DNA of 64,000 nt from Candidatus Limnocylindrales bacterium (GTDB lineage Bacteria > Chloroflexota > Limnocylindria > Limnocylindrales > CSP1-4): contig DATCGV010000081.1 in assembly GCA_036508755.1 (NCBI GenBank), forward strand, positions 67,062 through 131,061, written 5' to 3'. The notes under the pieces were generated by a model. It saw only the letters and a program-made list of their open reading frames with translations. It made no database searches and was not told the DNA's origin. The stretch's first letter is position 1, and each line of letters opens with the position of its first letter. Positions 53,782-63,401 of the stretch are shown here, piece by piece. Position numbers and translations under genes: made by a program.

Positions 53782-56290
53782 GGGGCATCCTGTACGTGGC
53801 TAGAAGCTGGCGCCCCATCGTAGCCGCATCGAGCGGTCGGGCGAACCAGAAGCCCTGTCCGAGCGTGCAGTCGAGCGCTATCAGGCGCCGGAGCTGCTCC
53901 ACCGTCTCGATCCCCTCGGCCGTCACTGCCAGTCCGAGTCCTCGCGCGAACGCGACAGTGGCGCTGACGATGGCCGTCTTCTCGCGCTCGACGCCCAGGC
54001 CCTGGATGAATGAGCGGTCGATCTTGAGCCCGTCCACGGGCAGCTGGCTCAGATAGCTGAGGGCGGAATAGCCTGTTCCGAAGTCATCAATTACGACGTG
54101 CACGCCGAGCGAGCGCAGGCGGCGCAGCGCGGCGATGGCGACGGTTTCGTCGCCCAGCATCATGCTCTCGGTGATCTCCAGGATGAGACAGTCGGCGCGC
54201 AGGCCGCTCTCCGCGAGCGCGCTCTCGATACCGTCGACGAAGGACGTCTCGATCACCTCGCGCGCGGACGTGTTGACCGACACGCGCAGGTTTCGTTCAG
54301 CCTTGTGCTCGAGCTGCCAGCACCGTGCCTGGCGGCACGCCTCGTTGATGACCCAGGCACCGATATCGACGATCTGGCCCGATTCCTCGCTGGCATCGAT
54401 GAAGTCGCCCGGACCAAGCTCGCCGCGCTTGGGATGCCTCCAGCGCACCAGCGCCTCGACCTCCGTGATTCGGCCGGAGGCAAGCTCGACGATGGGTTGG
54501 TAACGGACGAAGAACTCGCCACGCGCGACCGCGGCGCGCAGCTCGGCATCCATCTCCAGCCGCGCGAGCTGGTGGGCAAGCATTGACGGCTCGAAGACAG
54601 CGACCACGCCACGGCCGTTGGCCTTGGCACGGTACATCGCCGTGTCGGCGTCGCGGAGCAGCTCGTCGGCGTTCAGGAACTCGTCATCACGGTCGATCGC
54701 CAGCCCGATGCTCGCGCGCACGGACACCGAGCGACCATGGATATCGAGGGGGTCCGACAGGGCCGCCAGGACGCGCTGTGCCGTCGCGTATGCCTCCGCC
54801 TGTCCGGCCACGTACTCGAGCAGGATCCCGAACTCGTCGCCACCGAGTCGAGCGACCGTGTCGCCGGCACGGAGCACGCTGCGCAGCCGTTCGCCGACGG
54901 CCTGCAGCACGGCGTCACCCGCCGCGTGGCCCAGCCCGTCGTTGACGAGCTTGAAGCGGTCGAGGTCCAGGAACAGGACGGCCAAGCGCTTATTGGTGCG
55001 TTCGCGCCGCTCGAGCGCGTGCTCGATCCGATCGGCGAACAGGCGTCGGTTGGGCAGGCCGGTGAGCGGGTCGGTCAGCGCCGCGCTGATCAGGCGCTCG
55101 TTGATCGTGGCGTTTTCGAGGGCGATGGCGACGTGGTTGGCGAACAGCCTGACGAGCTCCAGGTCCTCGTCGTCGAACTCGTGCGCGGTGCGGTACAGAT
55201 TGAGCGCGCCGATTACGCCGTCCGCGCTGCGCACGGGCGCCACGATGAGTGACTCTTCCTCGTCGTTTGGCGTGCCCGGCACGTCGACCGCGCGCGGGTC
55301 ACGGGCCGTGTCGTTGATGCATTCGGCCTCACCCTTGACGATCACGTCGCCGGTTATGCCCTCGCCCAGCACGGGCCGCGTGATGAGGATCTGGTCGGCA
55401 TAGGGGTTGCGCGCGAGCACGGGCACGAGGCAGTTGTTCGGCCGGTCGACGAGATAGATCGTCAGCGTATCGAACGGAACGACCTCGGCCAGCGTGTCGG
55501 CGATAGCCTCGAAGACCTGGTTGCGGTCGCGTGTGAGCAGGAGGCGCTCGGTGATCGCCAGCAGCTGGCGCTGGCTGGCGAGGCGGCGCTCGAGCGCCGC
55601 GCCGCGTCGCTCGAGCTCCTCGAGTTGGCGCGCGTTGGAAAGTGCGACCGCGGCCTGCGCACCGACGATCTCGGCCAGGCGCAGGTCGGTGGCATCGAAC
55701 GCTCCCAGGCCAAGTCGAGTCAGCTGCAGCACGCCCAGGACCTCGTCCTCGTACACGAGCGGCACGACGATCATCGATTCGTCCACGTCGTCGGTGTCCG
55801 GGATCTTTGCCCCGCGTGGATCGTGGCGCACGTCAGGAACGATCTCGGCGACGCGCGAGGCCGCCACGTGTCCGGCAAGGCCGCGCCCGATCTGAATGCG
55901 CAGGCGTTCCGGCGTCTCGTTCGCATAGTGCGGAACGGTGTTGCGCAGCACGACTGCCTCGAGCGTCTGCTGGTCCTTGGACACGACGAAGAAGCGCAGG
56001 CCCTGCCAGTCGATGACCGAGTTGATCTCGCTCGCGACTGCCTCAGCGACGGACCGCACGTCGCGCGAGCGGCTCAGCTTGCGCGACAGCGCCTCGATGC
56101 GCTCGAGCTGCTGGCTCCAGCGGCGGGCATCGGAAAGCAGGCGCGGCGTCTGCTCGTCGAGCGGTGCGCCGGGCTCTTCTGGTCGTGCCGCACGACCGCG
56201 ACCCGTGCGCGTGGTCGTGGTTTGCCATTTGTCTGGCGCGGTGGAGTGCAGACGGAACCCCTTGATGACACTTGGGCGACGTGCGCACAC
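53726..56290 (-). CDS. GAF-GAF-GGDEF-EAL signalling protein (c-di-GMP turnover)
   Basis: Two GAF-like regions, then LTGLPNRRLF, RLGGDEFGILL, EVEALVRW, DDFGTGYS, LKIDRSF. The 3' end overlaps the PPOX-like gene start by 56 nt. The GTG start is uncertain. Confidence 0.88.
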   Translation of the reverse strand: MCARRPSVIKGFRLHSTAPDKWQTTTTRTGRGRAARPEEPGAPLDEQTPRLLSDARRWSQQLERIEALSRKLSRSRDVRSVAEAVASEINSVIDWQGLRFFVVSKDQQTLEAVVLRNTVPHYANETPERLRIQIGRGLAGHVAASRVAEIVPDVRHDPRGAKIPDTDDVDESMIVVPLVYEDEVLGVLQLTRLGLGAFDATDLRLAEIVGAQAAVALSNARQLEELERRGAALERRLASQRQLLAITERLLLTRDRNQVFEAIADTLAEVVPFDTLTIYLVDRPNNCLVPVLARNPYADQILITRPVLGEGITGDVIVKGEAECINDTARDPRAVDVPGTPNDEEESLIVAPVRSADGVIGALNLYRTAHEFDDEDLELVRLFANHVAIALENATINERLISAALTDPLTGLPNRRLFADRIEHALERRERTNKRLAVLFLDLDRFKLVNDGLGHAAGDAVLQAVGERLRSVLRAGDTVARLGGDEFGILLEYVAGQAEAYATAQRVLAALSDPLDIHGRSVSVRASIGLAIDRDDEFLNADELLRDADTAMYRAKANGRGVVAVFEPSMLAHQLARLEMDAELRAAVARGEFFVRYQPIVELASGRITEVEALVRWRHPKRGELGPGDFIDASEESGQIVDIGAWVINEACRQARCWQLEHKAERNLRVSVNTSAREVIETSFVDGIESALAESGLRADCLILEITESMMLGDETVAIAALRRLRSLGVHVVIDDFGTGYSALSYLSQLPVDGLKIDRSFIQGLGVEREKTAIVSATVAFARGLGLAVTAEGIETVEQLRRLIALDCTLGQGFWFARPLDAATMGRQLLATYRMPHGRRTTDDPRGSALPADL

Positions 56291-56407
56291 GCTACGGGTT
56301 CAACGAGGTGCTCGCGACTGAGCCGATGGCTGATCGGGCTAGGCTGATGGTCCGGGTCGCGCTTCGCGTTTCGGCCGTGCACCAACCCCGCCGCTGACGG
56401 GCCGAGG

Positions 56408-57532
56408 TCAGGTCACCCAGTAGCCGACGGCCTCGCGGACCATGAACGCCACGGCCAGGAATATCGACAGGGCCAACCAGGCGTAGTTGAACCAGCGGTA
56501 GCGCAGGCCGATCACGGCGATGATGACGATGATCGGGAAGAGCGCGAGGGCGTGGCGCGACGCTGAAAACCAGGCGACGCCGGTGCTCATCGAGAAGAGC
56601 AGACCGGCGGCCGTATACGCCGAGTAGGACGTCGGCACGAGGCGCACGCCGACGAACAGCACAACGACCATCGAGACCATGCCCACGAGGTCGGTCCAGG
56701 CGTACGTCCAATCGAACATCTGGAGCGGGCCGTGGATGTAGCCAATGAGCACGTCCCACGGGGCGTGCAGGCCGCGCCCCCAGCTCGTGCCGCCGTGGAT
56801 ATAGGCGAGCGGATCGTTGAACAGCCACCACTCGTAGAGGATGAGGATGGCGACGCCGAGTGGCGGCCCGATGAGTGCGAGCCACGACCGCAGCCGCGCG
56901 CGCTGGCGGTAGAGCTCGATCGCGATCGGGATGACGAGCAGCACTCCGAACGGCCGCGTCAGCGCCGCCAGCGCGCCGGCCAGGCCACTGCGTGCCCATT
57001 CGCCGGCGCGCGCGTGGTAGAAGCTGGCCACGGCGGCGGCCAGGAACACGGGCTCGGCGTAGACCGACGACAGAAAGAGCGTGGTCGGGAAGACCAGCAC
57101 GTAGAGCACGACGCGGCGCGCCAGCGTGAGCGAGAAGTCGCGTGCCACCAGGGCCGACAGGTAGAGCAGCGCCACGAACAGCGCGACGTTGGAGATGACG
57201 AACCCGACGATCGCGCCGCTCTCGATGTCCACGTGCCCGATCAGCACGAGCACGAGCCTGATCAGCGCCGGGTAAAGGGGAAAGAACTCGATGTTCGAGT
57301 AGGCATCGGTGGGCGGCTCGAAGCCGCTGACGGCGATGTTCACGTAGTGCTGCGCGTCCCATTGCGCCCACATGTCGAGCAGCGGCATGTGGGGCACGAG
57401 ATCGAGATGGCGCGGGCCGATGGGCAGCACCGCCAGCGCGACGATCCCGATCAAAGTCAGCGCGATGCGCGTTCCAACGAGCAAGCCAAGGTCAAACAGC
57501 CACTCGCGTCGCCAGACCTGTCGGAGAGTCAC
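56408..57532 (-). CDS. integral-membrane glycosyltransferase (PIG-V/mannosyltransferase-like)
   Basis: About 10 TM helices. WAQWDAQHYVNIAVSGF..NIEFFPLYPALIR resembles GT-C mannosyltransferase loops. GTG start. Confidence 0.65.
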   Translation of the reverse strand: MTLRQVWRREWLFDLGLLVGTRIALTLIGIVALAVLPIGPRHLDLVPHMPLLDMWAQWDAQHYVNIAVSGFEPPTDAYSNIEFFPLYPALIRLVLVLIGHVDIESGAIVGFVISNVALFVALLYLSALVARDFSLTLARRVVLYVLVFPTTLFLSSVYAEPVFLAAAVASFYHARAGEWARSGLAGALAALTRPFGVLLVIPIAIELYRQRARLRSWLALIGPPLGVAILILYEWWLFNDPLAYIHGGTSWGRGLHAPWDVLIGYIHGPLQMFDWTYAWTDLVGMVSMVVVLFVGVRLVPTSYSAYTAAGLLFSMSTGVAWFSASRHALALFPIIVIIAVIGLRYRWFNYAWLALSIFLAVAFMVREAVGYWVT

Positions 57533-57657
57533 CGATGCAGTTTGACCGGATCTGGGTCAGCTCCGCGCAATTGCCGGAAAATTGCTCGCTTGCCGTGTCG
57601 ATTCCGCGTCGGCTTGATCGACGCTTAAGTGAGACCAAACCAACAAGGGAGTCGCAC

Positions 57658-58017
57658 ATGCCACGTTCCATGGTCATGCTCAAGGCCAACAGCCAGAGCG
57701 AAGCAGGCGTCATGCCCAGCGAGCAGGTGGCGGCACAGATGGATGCCTACAACGACGAGCTCGTCGGCGCGGGCGTCAGGCTTGCCGCTGAGGGCCTGCA
57801 ACCCAGCTCGAAGGGCGCCCGGGTCTACCTCAGCGCGGGGACCACGAAGGTAGTGGACGGACCGTTCGCCGAGGCGAAGGAGCTGGTCGCCGGCTTCTGG
57901 ATCCTGCAGTGCCGCTCGCTCGACGAGTGCGTCGAGTGGGTCAAGCGAGTGCCGGTGGCTGCCCTGCCGGGTGCGACGGGAGAGGGCGAGATCGACATCC
58001 TGCAGATCTTCGACTAG
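57658..58017 (+). CDS. YciI-family (DGPF domain) protein
   Basis: ATG after AAGGGAG. YNDELVGAGVRLAAEGLQPSSKGARV, VVDGPFAEAKELVAGFWILQCRSLDECVEWVKRVP. Confidence 0.75.
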   Translation: MPRSMVMLKANSQSEAGVMPSEQVAAQMDAYNDELVGAGVRLAAEGLQPSSKGARVYLSAGTTKVVDGPFAEAKELVAGFWILQCRSLDECVEWVKRVPVAALPGATGEGEIDILQIFD

Positions 58018-58182
58018 GACGCTCGGGCAACAACTGACGACGCACGAGGTGTACGTCACGGACGCGCAACGAGCAGGAACGGGCGCTGCTCCTCGATCTC
58101 GAGTCTGGGCGACCAGTTCGCGCTCATCGCGCTGCCCTGGCTCGCGCTCGTCCTGACCGGCAGCGGCCTCGCCCTCGGGACG

Positions 58183-59316
58183 GTGCTCGCGCTCATGGCC
58201 GTGCCCCGAGCTGCGTTGATGATCATCGGCGGCGCTTACACCGACCGCCTTTCACCGCGCCGGGTCATGCTCCTGTCCAACGCCGTTCGCCTCGTGGCCG
58301 TGTCGCTCCTTGCCGGCGCGGTGCTCGAGGGCGCCGCGCAGCTGTGGATGCTTTACGCCTTCGCGCTCGTTTTCGGCATCGCTGACGCGTTCTTCTTTCC
58401 GGCGCAAACGTCGATCGTTCCCGCCCTCGTGCCCAGCGAGCAGCTGGGCCAGGCGAACGCCATCGTCCAGGGCACGGCCCAACTGAGCGTCTTCCTTGGC
58501 CCGGCCGTCGCCGGAATCATGATTGCCGCTCTCGGATCGTCGGCAGCCACGCCAAGTACCCAGGGCCTAGGCGTAGCGTTCGTGGTCGATGCCCTGAGCT
58601 TCCTGGCCTCGCTCGCGACCTTGTGGCTCATCCGGCGCGTGGCACAGACGGCGGCGGCCCAGGCAACGTCGGTCGTCTCGGCCATTGGCGAAGCCGTTCG
58701 ATTCATCTGGAACTGGCCGTCGATGCGCCTGATCGTCGTCCTCTCGATGCTGCTGAACCTCCTGATCGTTGGGCCGGTCGAGGTCGGCATGCCGGTCCTG
58801 GCATATGCGCGCCTGCCTGAAGGGGCGGCCGCCTTCGGCACGATCACCGCCCTCTTCGGGCTCGGGTCGCTGATCGGCCTCGGCGCGGCCGCTGCGCTAC
58901 CCGCGCCTCGGCCGGCGCTGTTCAGCACGTTCGCCATTGGCGCCATCGCCCTCGCCGGAGTCTTCCTTGCGCTCATGGGGACCGTCTTCTCGACATTGCC
59001 CGCGCTCGCCGTCGCGTTTGGCATCGGAGTGACGCTTGGCTTCAGCAACCTATTGACCATGACCTGGATTCAGCGCCGAGTTCCCGGCACGCTGATGGGT
59101 CGCGTCATGAGCGTCCTGATGCTCGGCTCCCTCGGGCTCGTGCCCGTCTCCGAATTCATCGCGGGCGTCTTCGTCCAGGTCAACCTGACCGGCCTGCTCC
59201 TCGTCGGTGGCGGCGGAATGGCAGTCGTGGCGTTGATCTCGTTACTTTCGCCGGCCATTCGCTCGATGGGCCACGAACCGACGATCGAGCAGAGCGGGAG
59301 TGCCGCCGCCGCCTGA
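58183..59316 (+). CDS. MFS transporter (EntS/MFS_3-like), 5' end anomalous
   Basis: The first canonical start is the GTG at 58183, which gives about 11 TM helices. The same frame is open from 58018, directly after the YciI stop, and encodes a TM1-like ISSLGDQFALIALPWLALVLTGS. No ATG, GTG or TTG lies in 58018-58182. Confidence 0.75.
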   Translation: MLALMAVPRAALMIIGGAYTDRLSPRRVMLLSNAVRLVAVSLLAGAVLEGAAQLWMLYAFALVFGIADAFFFPAQTSIVPALVPSEQLGQANAIVQGTAQLSVFLGPAVAGIMIAALGSSAATPSTQGLGVAFVVDALSFLASLATLWLIRRVAQTAAAQATSVVSAIGEAVRFIWNWPSMRLIVVLSMLLNLLIVGPVEVGMPVLAYARLPEGAAAFGTITALFGLGSLIGLGAAAALPAPRPALFSTFAIGAIALAGVFLALMGTVFSTLPALAVAFGIGVTLGFSNLLTMTWIQRRVPGTLMGRVMSVLMLGSLGLVPVSEFIAGVFVQVNLTGLLLVGGGGMAVVALISLLSPAIRSMGHEPTIEQSGSAAAA

Positions 59317-59419
59317 TTGCGATAATCCAACCAACGCGAAGGCAACTCAAAGGCGCTCTTCGCCGTCATCGCGGAACCGCGGGGCTTCCGCGTATCGACC
59401 ACTCCTGAAGAGGTCTGCC

Positions 59420-60343
59420 TTGAAGCTCCGACTATCACTGCTCCTGCTGCCGGCCATCCTGGCCCTTGCCTGCGGCTCGACTCAGCCCAGTACTGCACCG
59501 ACGATTGCTCCCAGCCTTGCACCGACGGCGAGCCCATCGCTGTCACCAACCGTCGTTCCGACTCCGCCACCGGTCTCCGGCCCCACGCCGTCGCCAACCG
59601 ATCAGCCCTCGCCGACGCCCGAGGGTGCGACGCTACTGCTCGAAGTGACCACCGAGGGCGGCTTCATTGCGCCATCGGCGCATCTCGGCCAGCTGCCCGC
59701 CGTCGTCGTCGACACGGCTGGCAACATCTACACGGCCGATCCGAACTCGGCGGGTGGCAGCCTGATTGCCCTGGCCGTCGTGCGCAGCGTCGGCGCCAGC
59801 GGCGCGGCGCAGATCATGGCCGCGATCAAGGCCGCCGGTCTCGACCATGCCAATGCCACCGGCGGTGGCCCGGGCAACCCCGATGCGGGCGTGACCGTGT
59901 TCAGCGTCGTTGTCGACGGCCAGGAGGTTTTGAACCAGATCTCGGGCGGCGGTGCTCCCGCGCCCGGCCATCCCGGCGGCTCGCCGGAGCCGGCTCTCGA
60001 TCTGCTTGCGCGCCTCCAGGATCCAGGCGAGACGTGGGGCGCGGCCAACGTCACGACGACGCCGTTCGTGCCGACCGCGTACAAGGTCTATGACGCGCCG
60101 GCGACGAGCGGCGGCGCGAATGCGATCGATTGGCCGCTGAGCGCGTCGCTCGCCACGTTCGGCAAGCCTGTGACGCCCGATCTCGGCATCACCGGCCTGC
60201 GCACGGGCGTCGTCTTCGGCGACGACGCGACGAAGCTCGCCGCGGTGGGGGGTAGCGCGACGTCCGACACTGTGTTCGTGTCCGACAACGAGCAGTACCA
60301 GGTCTGGATCCGGCCGCTCCTGCCACCCGAGCTCGCGCAGTGA
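59420..60343 (+). CDS. lipoprotein of unknown function with Pro/Ser/Thr linker
   Basis: TTG after GAAGAGG. Lipobox LLLPAILALAC, then about 55 aa of P/S/T linker, then the globular part LLLEVTTEGGFIAPSAHLGQLPAVVVD... The track start at 59300 is trimmed. Confidence 0.65.
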   Translation: MKLRLSLLLLPAILALACGSTQPSTAPTIAPSLAPTASPSLSPTVVPTPPPVSGPTPSPTDQPSPTPEGATLLLEVTTEGGFIAPSAHLGQLPAVVVDTAGNIYTADPNSAGGSLIALAVVRSVGASGAAQIMAAIKAAGLDHANATGGGPGNPDAGVTVFSVVVDGQEVLNQISGGGAPAPGHPGGSPEPALDLLARLQDPGETWGAANVTTTPFVPTAYKVYDAPATSGGANAIDWPLSASLATFGKPVTPDLGITGLRTGVVFGDDATKLAAVGGSATSDTVFVSDNEQYQVWIRPLLPPELAQ

Positions 60344-61506
60344 AGAAAAGCGCGCGGCGGAGCTTCGACCGAACGAAGGCCGTCACGCCGCCGCGCGCCT
60401 ACTCGACCAACGCCTTGCCGCCCGCCGCGCAACCGCCGTCCGGTCGTGTCAGCTGGGACAGCCTGCGCCGGCTGCCGGTCGCGGCAGTTGCGCTCCTGCC
60501 GCTGCGCGTCTTCTTTGGTCTGACGTTCCTCTACGCCGGCCTCGACAAGATCCTCGATCCAGACTTTTTCAACGCGGCGAGCGCGTCCTCGATCCAGGCC
60601 CAGTTCCTGATCTATGAACGCGTCTCGCCGCTCGGGTCCCTGGTTCACCTGGCTGAACCTGTCGCGCCGTTGCTCGGCGCCCTCATCGCGCTGGGCGAGA
60701 TCGCCGTTGGCATCGGCGCGCTGACCGGACTTGCCTTTCGGCTCGCGGCCCTCGGCGGCGCGCTCACCTCGGCGCTGTTCTTCCTGACCGCCTCATGGGC
60801 GACGCACCCGTACTACTTCGGCAATGACCTGCCTTACGCGTTCGGCTGGCTGACACTGGCGCTCGCCGGCCACGGCGACCTGCTCGTCATGAGCCTGAGT
60901 CGCTCAGGTGCTCAGGCCCAGGCCGCGAGCGCGGATCCTCGTCGACGAGTGGTGCTCCAGGTGGGCGCGCTCGCGGCCGTGACCTTGTTCGTCGGCGGAG
61001 TCGCGGGTGCGATCCGGCTGATCAGGAATGAGCCGCCCAGAGGTACCGACACGGGCGACATCCGCGGCCCAGGCTCCGGTTCGACACCGGGACCAACCGG
61101 GTCAGGCTCGCCTGGCGCCTCGCCGGCGCGGTCGGCGGGGGCGTCACCGACGTCCAGCACGGGCTCCGGCATCGCGATTGCCACGGTCGCGCAGGTCCAG
61201 AGCGCCGGCGCGCGCCGCTTCACGGTGCCGATCACGGCGCCGGCGCCGCTTCCGGCGGGCGATCCGGCACTCGTCATCGCGCTGTCGGGCGGCTCGTTCG
61301 CGGCCTACGACGCGCTGTGCACGCATGAGGGCTGCCGGGTGAGCTACGACAAGACAGCAGGGGTGATCTTCTGTCCGTGCCACGGCGCGGAGTTCGACCC
61401 GGCCAATCACGCCGCCGTCCTGGGCGGGCCGGCACCCCAACCACTGCTCGAGCTGCCACTCATCGTCAACCAGGCCGACGGGACGATCGCCCTCGCGATC
61501 TCCTAG
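60340..61506 (+). CDS. DoxX-like membrane domain fused to a C-terminal Rieske [2Fe-2S] domain
   Basis: The GTG overlaps the upstream stop (GTGA). Four TM helices (LRVFFGLTFLYAGLDK.., GEIAVGIGALTG..), a Gly/Ser/Pro linker, then the Rieske boxes CTHEGC and CPCHGAEF. Confidence 0.8.
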   Translation: MKKSARRSFDRTKAVTPPRAYSTNALPPAAQPPSGRVSWDSLRRLPVAAVALLPLRVFFGLTFLYAGLDKILDPDFFNAASASSIQAQFLIYERVSPLGSLVHLAEPVAPLLGALIALGEIAVGIGALTGLAFRLAALGGALTSALFFLTASWATHPYYFGNDLPYAFGWLTLALAGHGDLLVMSLSRSGAQAQAASADPRRRVVLQVGALAAVTLFVGGVAGAIRLIRNEPPRGTDTGDIRGPGSGSTPGPTGSGSPGASPARSAGASPTSSTGSGIAIATVAQVQSAGARRFTVPITAPAPLPAGDPALVIALSGGSFAAYDALCTHEGCRVSYDKTAGVIFCPCHGAEFDPANHAAVLGGPAPQPLLELPLIVNQADGTIALAIS

Positions 61507-61901
61507 CGCTGCTCGGCGACCCAGAAAGTGTCGTGGCGCAGGTAGAAGGAGGTGGCCTCCTCCTCGGTCATCTTCAGTCCGCGTGACACCGCGGCCGTAC
61601 CCTCGAAATAGGCCTCCCGCGGCGCGCCTGGTGCAAAGTGAATGAGCATCGATGCCGGCGCGCTGGACTCGTTCCGAAAGCCGTGAATACCGCCCTCCGG
61701 AACGTGCACGAAATCGCCTGCGACCGTGTCGATCCAGCGCCGGCCGTCGTAGATGCGGATCGTTCCCGTAAGCACGTAGAGCGACTCCTGGAGAGAGCGA
61801 TGAAAGTGCGGGCCGGGCCCGCTGATCTCTGCGCTCATTTCCCACCGGTAGAGACCGAACAAGCCGTGTGAGCGATCACCGGTCATTGCGCAGTCCCTCA
61901 A
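61503..61901 (-). CDS. cupin domain protein
   Basis: GPGPHFHRSLQESLYVLTG..GDFVHVPEGGIHGF matches cupin motifs 1 and 2. Its stop overlaps the convergent Rieske gene stop within CTAG. Confidence 0.75.
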   Translation of the reverse strand: MRDCAMTGDRSHGLFGLYRWEMSAEISGPGPHFHRSLQESLYVLTGTIRIYDGRRWIDTVAGDFVHVPEGGIHGFRNESSAPASMLIHFAPGAPREAYFEGTAAVSRGLKMTEEEATSFYLRHDTFWVAEQR

Positions 61902-62065
61902 CGACGACGGCGGGCATGGACGTCACCTCGATTGGCGCTATACATGGACTCTCCCGATGAGCACGAATATGGTCCATCGCACGCTCAGTTTTGGAGAGCC
62001 GAACGGCAGGTTCCAGAGCGTGCAGGTATGGCTGATCCGGTCGCGCTCGGGCCACGTATCGTTTC

Positions 62066-62671
62066 GTGATGAAGGCGACGGTGAGCGGCGGTTCCTGGGG
62101 TGCGGACTTCGACCCCGACCGATTGGCGAGTCTCGAGCTGCGCGCCTGGAAGGCCTACTACCGCCGTCAGGCGCTCAGGCTGTTCGGGTTGCTTGTGATG
62201 GCCAACCACGATCAGGCGCACGTCTCCTGGCGACGTGCGCTCGTGGCCGCGTTCTACTTCGCCCGGGGCGCTTACGGGTTTGGACGCGCGACAAGCGATT
62301 ACGACCGCTTCGCGCCCGATGTCGTGCGCGGTTATTGGGCGCTTGGTTTGCCCCCGGACGTCGACGCGCTGGAGGTTGCGCGCCGTGAGCTGCGCTGGTG
62401 GGTCGTGCGCCGCGAGATCGGCGTTGCCGCCGGCGACGAGGCGGGCAAGGCCATCACGGAGCTCTACTCAGCGATCTATCGACTGCCGGAGCAGTCAGTC
62501 GCCGAAACCGGCCGGTTGCGCGGTCTCGCGGCGGAGGTTCGCGATCGCGGTGCGGCCGACGACCCGGCAGGCCCGACTGCTCCGGGTGCAGCCTACTGGC
62601 CACAGGTCGCTCGCCTGCTGCGCGACTCATATCGCAGCCTGCATGCGGCTTTGCTCGATGCGAAGTCGTAG
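62066..62671 (+). CDS. hypothetical protein
   Basis: 201 aa with high GC3 and a balanced composition (LELRAWKAYYRRQALRLFGLLV..RRELRWWVVRREIG..). No family recognised. GTG at 62066 or ATG at 62069. Confidence 0.6.
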   Translation: MMKATVSGGSWGADFDPDRLASLELRAWKAYYRRQALRLFGLLVMANHDQAHVSWRRALVAAFYFARGAYGFGRATSDYDRFAPDVVRGYWALGLPPDVDALEVARRELRWWVVRREIGVAAGDEAGKAITELYSAIYRLPEQSVAETGRLRGLAAEVRDRGAADDPAGPTAPGAAYWPQVARLLRDSYRSLHAALLDAKS

Positions 62672-62687
62672 ATCGAGGGTCTAGCCG

Positions 62688-63341
62688 ATGGACATTGCCG
62701 CTGCTCTCGGTCTCGCGGCGCTCCTGTTCGTCAAGGAGGCAGGCGTGCCGATCCCGATCCCGGGCGACCTGCTCGTTCTCGGTGCCGGCGTCGCAAGCGC
62801 GGGCAACCCAGCCGGGGCGGTGGTCGCGCTCGTATCCATTCTCGTCGCCGGTTACCTGGGCGGCGTGGTCCAGTTCGTGCTGGCCCGTGGCGCGCTGCGC
62901 CGGCCACTGCTCGCGCTACTGACCCGTTTCGGCGTGCCGCGCGCGCGAATTGACGCGCTCTCGGAGCGCCTGCGGAGCGGGGGCGCGCGCGGCGTGGCGA
63001 TCGCTCGGACGACGCCTGGTGTTCGCGTCCCGGCGATAGCCGCGAGCGGCGTCGCGGCCTTGCCCATGCAGTCGTTCGTGCCGGGTCTCGTGGCCGGCAA
63101 CACGCTCTTCGTCGGTGCCCATTTCGTGCTCGGTTACGTCGTCGGCGTGCCTGCCGTGGCGATCATCCAGAGCAGTGGCACCGTCCTGCTGGTCGGGGGC
63201 CTGGTCGTCTTCGCCGTGATCGGCGCGATCGGCTGGCTGCTCCTTCGCCGCCGGCGGCGCTCGAGCGCCGACTTCGCGGCCTGGGCCGACGCCGCGTGCC
63301 CGGCCTGCCTGGCGCTTGCGCTCGTGAATCGGGAGGCTTAG
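62688..63341 (+). CDS. DedA/SNARE-associated family membrane protein
   Basis: KEAGVPIPIPGDLLVLGAG, IARTTPGVRVPAIAASG, four to five TM helices. Confidence 0.8.
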   Translation: MDIAAALGLAALLFVKEAGVPIPIPGDLLVLGAGVASAGNPAGAVVALVSILVAGYLGGVVQFVLARGALRRPLLALLTRFGVPRARIDALSERLRSGGARGVAIARTTPGVRVPAIAASGVAALPMQSFVPGLVAGNTLFVGAHFVLGYVVGVPAVAIIQSSGTVLLVGGLVVFAVIGAIGWLLLRRRRRSSADFAAWADAACPACLALALVNREA

Positions 63342-63401
63342 GCCGGGACGTCCCTGCGCAGCGAAGCGAGGGTAGGGCGTGCGGCGCGATACTGGTCTGC
63401 G

